Positions 62,117-64,000 of a stretch of 64,000 bases of DNA are shown here, piece after piece. Location of the stretch: assembly GCF_018350175.1 (NCBI RefSeq), contig NC_058368.1, positions 225,868,001-225,932,000 of the forward strand, in the 5' to 3' direction. Within the stretch, counting starts at the first letter, position 1. The number at the start of each line of letters is the position of its first letter. The position numbers and the translations under genes were made by a program. The notes under the pieces were generated by a model. That model made no database searches. It saw only the letters and a program-made list of their open reading frames with translations, and was not told where the DNA came from. The stretch is from Felis catus. Lineage: Eukaryota.

Positions 62117-62340
62117 TTTTTTTTTTTTTTTCAACGTTTTTATTTATTTTTTTTTGGGACAGAGAGAGACAGAGCATGAACGGGGGAGGGGCAGAGAGAG
62201 AGGGAGACACAGAATCGGAAACAGGCTCCAGGCTCTGAGCCATCAGCCCAGAGCCTGACGCGGGGCTCGAACTCACGGACCGCGAGATCGTGACCTGGCT
62301 GAAGTCGGACGCTTAACCGACTGCGCCACCCAGGCGCCCC
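62117..62340 (-). mobile_element. Young SINEC_Fc
   Basis: TSD atgatttaccttttt. Confidence 0.95.
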
Positions 62341-62459
62341 TATGATTTACCTTTTTATTCAGCAATTGTGATTCCTATTCCCTTCCATTTCATCTCCAAA
62401 TGACTCTCTTGACCCCTCTTTCATCTTTCCCTTCTGATTTATAATTACTTCCCTTAGCC

Positions 62460-62788
62460 TTTAAAAATTTTTCTTTTTAACTTTATTTATGTATTTTGAG
62501 AGACACAGAGACAGCCCGAGTGGGGGAGAGGCAGAGAGAAGGGAGAGAAAAAGGATCCCAAGCAGGCTCCCTGTTGTCAGCGCAAACTCCAACACGGGGT
62601 TTGAACTCACGAAACTGTGAGATCATGACCTGAGCTGAGACCAAGAGTTGGGTGCTTAACTGACTGAGCCCCCAAGGTCCCCCAGTTTCACTTTTTTAAA
62701 GTAGATTCCACACTGAGTGTGGGGCTAGAACTCATGATCCTGAGATCAAGAATCCCACGCTCTACAAACTGAGCTGGCCAGGTGCCCC
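62460..62788 (-). mobile_element. Older SINEC plus a short tRNA-derived SINE in tandem
   Basis: Two antisense SINE heads ending at about 62682 and 62788. Confidence 0.82.
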
Positions 62789-63081
62789 TCTCTTAGCCTT
62801 TTGTAAAACAGCTTTATTGAGGTATAACTGATAAAGAACCACACACATTTAATGAAGATAATTTGATGAGTTTGGACACATACAAACACCCTCGGTACCA
62901 TCAGCACAATCAGGATGGTAGACGCAGCCAACACCTCCCAGAATTTTCTGTATGCCCCCTCCCCCAACACACACCTCTTGTATACTGTAGGAAAACTTAC
63001 TTTTTTTATTATGAGGTTCCCTCTCCTTTTACATGGAAGTATTTATTGAGCATTCATTTGCTAATATTCGTCCTTGGAGTA

Positions 63082-63413
63082 CTGTTAGAAACAACAAAGC
63101 GAGCTGTATTAAAAAATGGTGAGATTTTTTGAGCAAAAATCTATTTGAATCAGGCAGCCCCCCAAATGGAAGTCAGAAGCGCTTCACCCACAGGAGCTGG
63201 GGAGAGACTTTTATGGAGAAAAGGGGGAAGCGGAGTCAGGACATTACTGATTGGCCATAGATTAAGGGTCGCTGGCTGTGATTGGTTGTTCTTGGGTTTG
63301 GATTTCTTAACCCTGAGGCCCTTCCGGGCTGACTTCTTTGGTTTGCTTCCAGCAACCAGCGCAGCGTTAGAGCTACATCAGTGGAACAGCCTCCTTGTTT
63401 AATTAATTTAACG
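63082..63413 (-). mobile_element. Probable ERV1-class solo LTR
   Basis: tgttag...ttaattaatttaac ends, two ATTGG (CCAAT) boxes and ttttat TATA-like element in antisense. Confidence 0.55.
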
Positions 63414-63631
63414 GTATCAACTGAATGAGGCTGTTCACCAAATACAAATGGTCAATAATTTAACCATCTACATTTCTGTAAAAAGCGAAAAGACTCCTTT
63501 TTAAAGAAGTTCATTGATGGGCGACACTTACTATTAACTGAGCACAATCTGCAGTTAAAGGGGCTAAGTCCCAGAGCTTGGGAACCATGATTTGGGGATG
63601 AAACCCCTCACCCCCTCCCTACTTGTGTGTC

Positions 63632-63668
63632 AGTCTCTATCTCTCTTTGTCTCTCTCTCCCTCTCTCC

Positions 63669-63719
<51 letters not shown>
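63632..63719. repeat. (CT)n(CA)n low-complexity tract
   Basis: Directly visible. Confidence 0.95.
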
Positions 63720-64000
63720 TTGATGAATTGATGTTAATCTGGAACTGTTTTTATTCCTCCTGAACTGGGGTTATAGAGTAGAGATAAAAGCATTTGGAAG
63801 GGTCCCTGCAGAGTCCACTTGGTCACCCTGAACCCTAGTTTCCTCATCTTTAAAATGAAAAAATTCGACTTCTTCTCTAAGGTCACTTCCTTCTATCCCA
63901 CAACCCTACCCACTCCCCCCACCCTCAGATTCCCAAGAGCTCCAATTTATAGTGATGATTAATCCAATAGAGGCAAGTGCTCATCTGCATACAAATAGAA

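Overview
Mammalian genomic DNA from a felid, judged by the many SINEC_Fc-type tRNA-derived SINEs. Two spliced genes lie in tandem on the + strand. The first is the 3' part of RETREG1/FAM134B (six coding exons, 9105-18255; an ER-phagy receptor with the LIR motif DDFELL). The second is the complete ZNF622 gene (six coding exons, 26564-39573, 477 aa; Rei1-family 60S maturation factor) with its CpG-island promoter. The rest is intronic or intergenic DNA rich in SINEs, L1 fragments, MaLR/ERVL/ERV1-type LTRs and hAT/Tc-mariner DNA elements, and includes a decayed LTR16-type ERV-L provirus. I found no convincing new protein-coding system; most other track ORFs overlap repeats or have no splice or homology support. 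The best leads are: a 26-bp-period CCAAT/CACCC minisatellite in the ZNF622 promoter; a candidate intronic polyadenylation site in ZNF622 intron 1; three in-frame tandem acceptors at the last ZNF622 exon; a GC-AG intron in RETREG1; and an L1 insertion combining a 5' inversion, a probable 3' transduction and nested SINEs. Repeat family names and comparisons with human genes are from memory, not database searches, and repeat boundaries are approximate.
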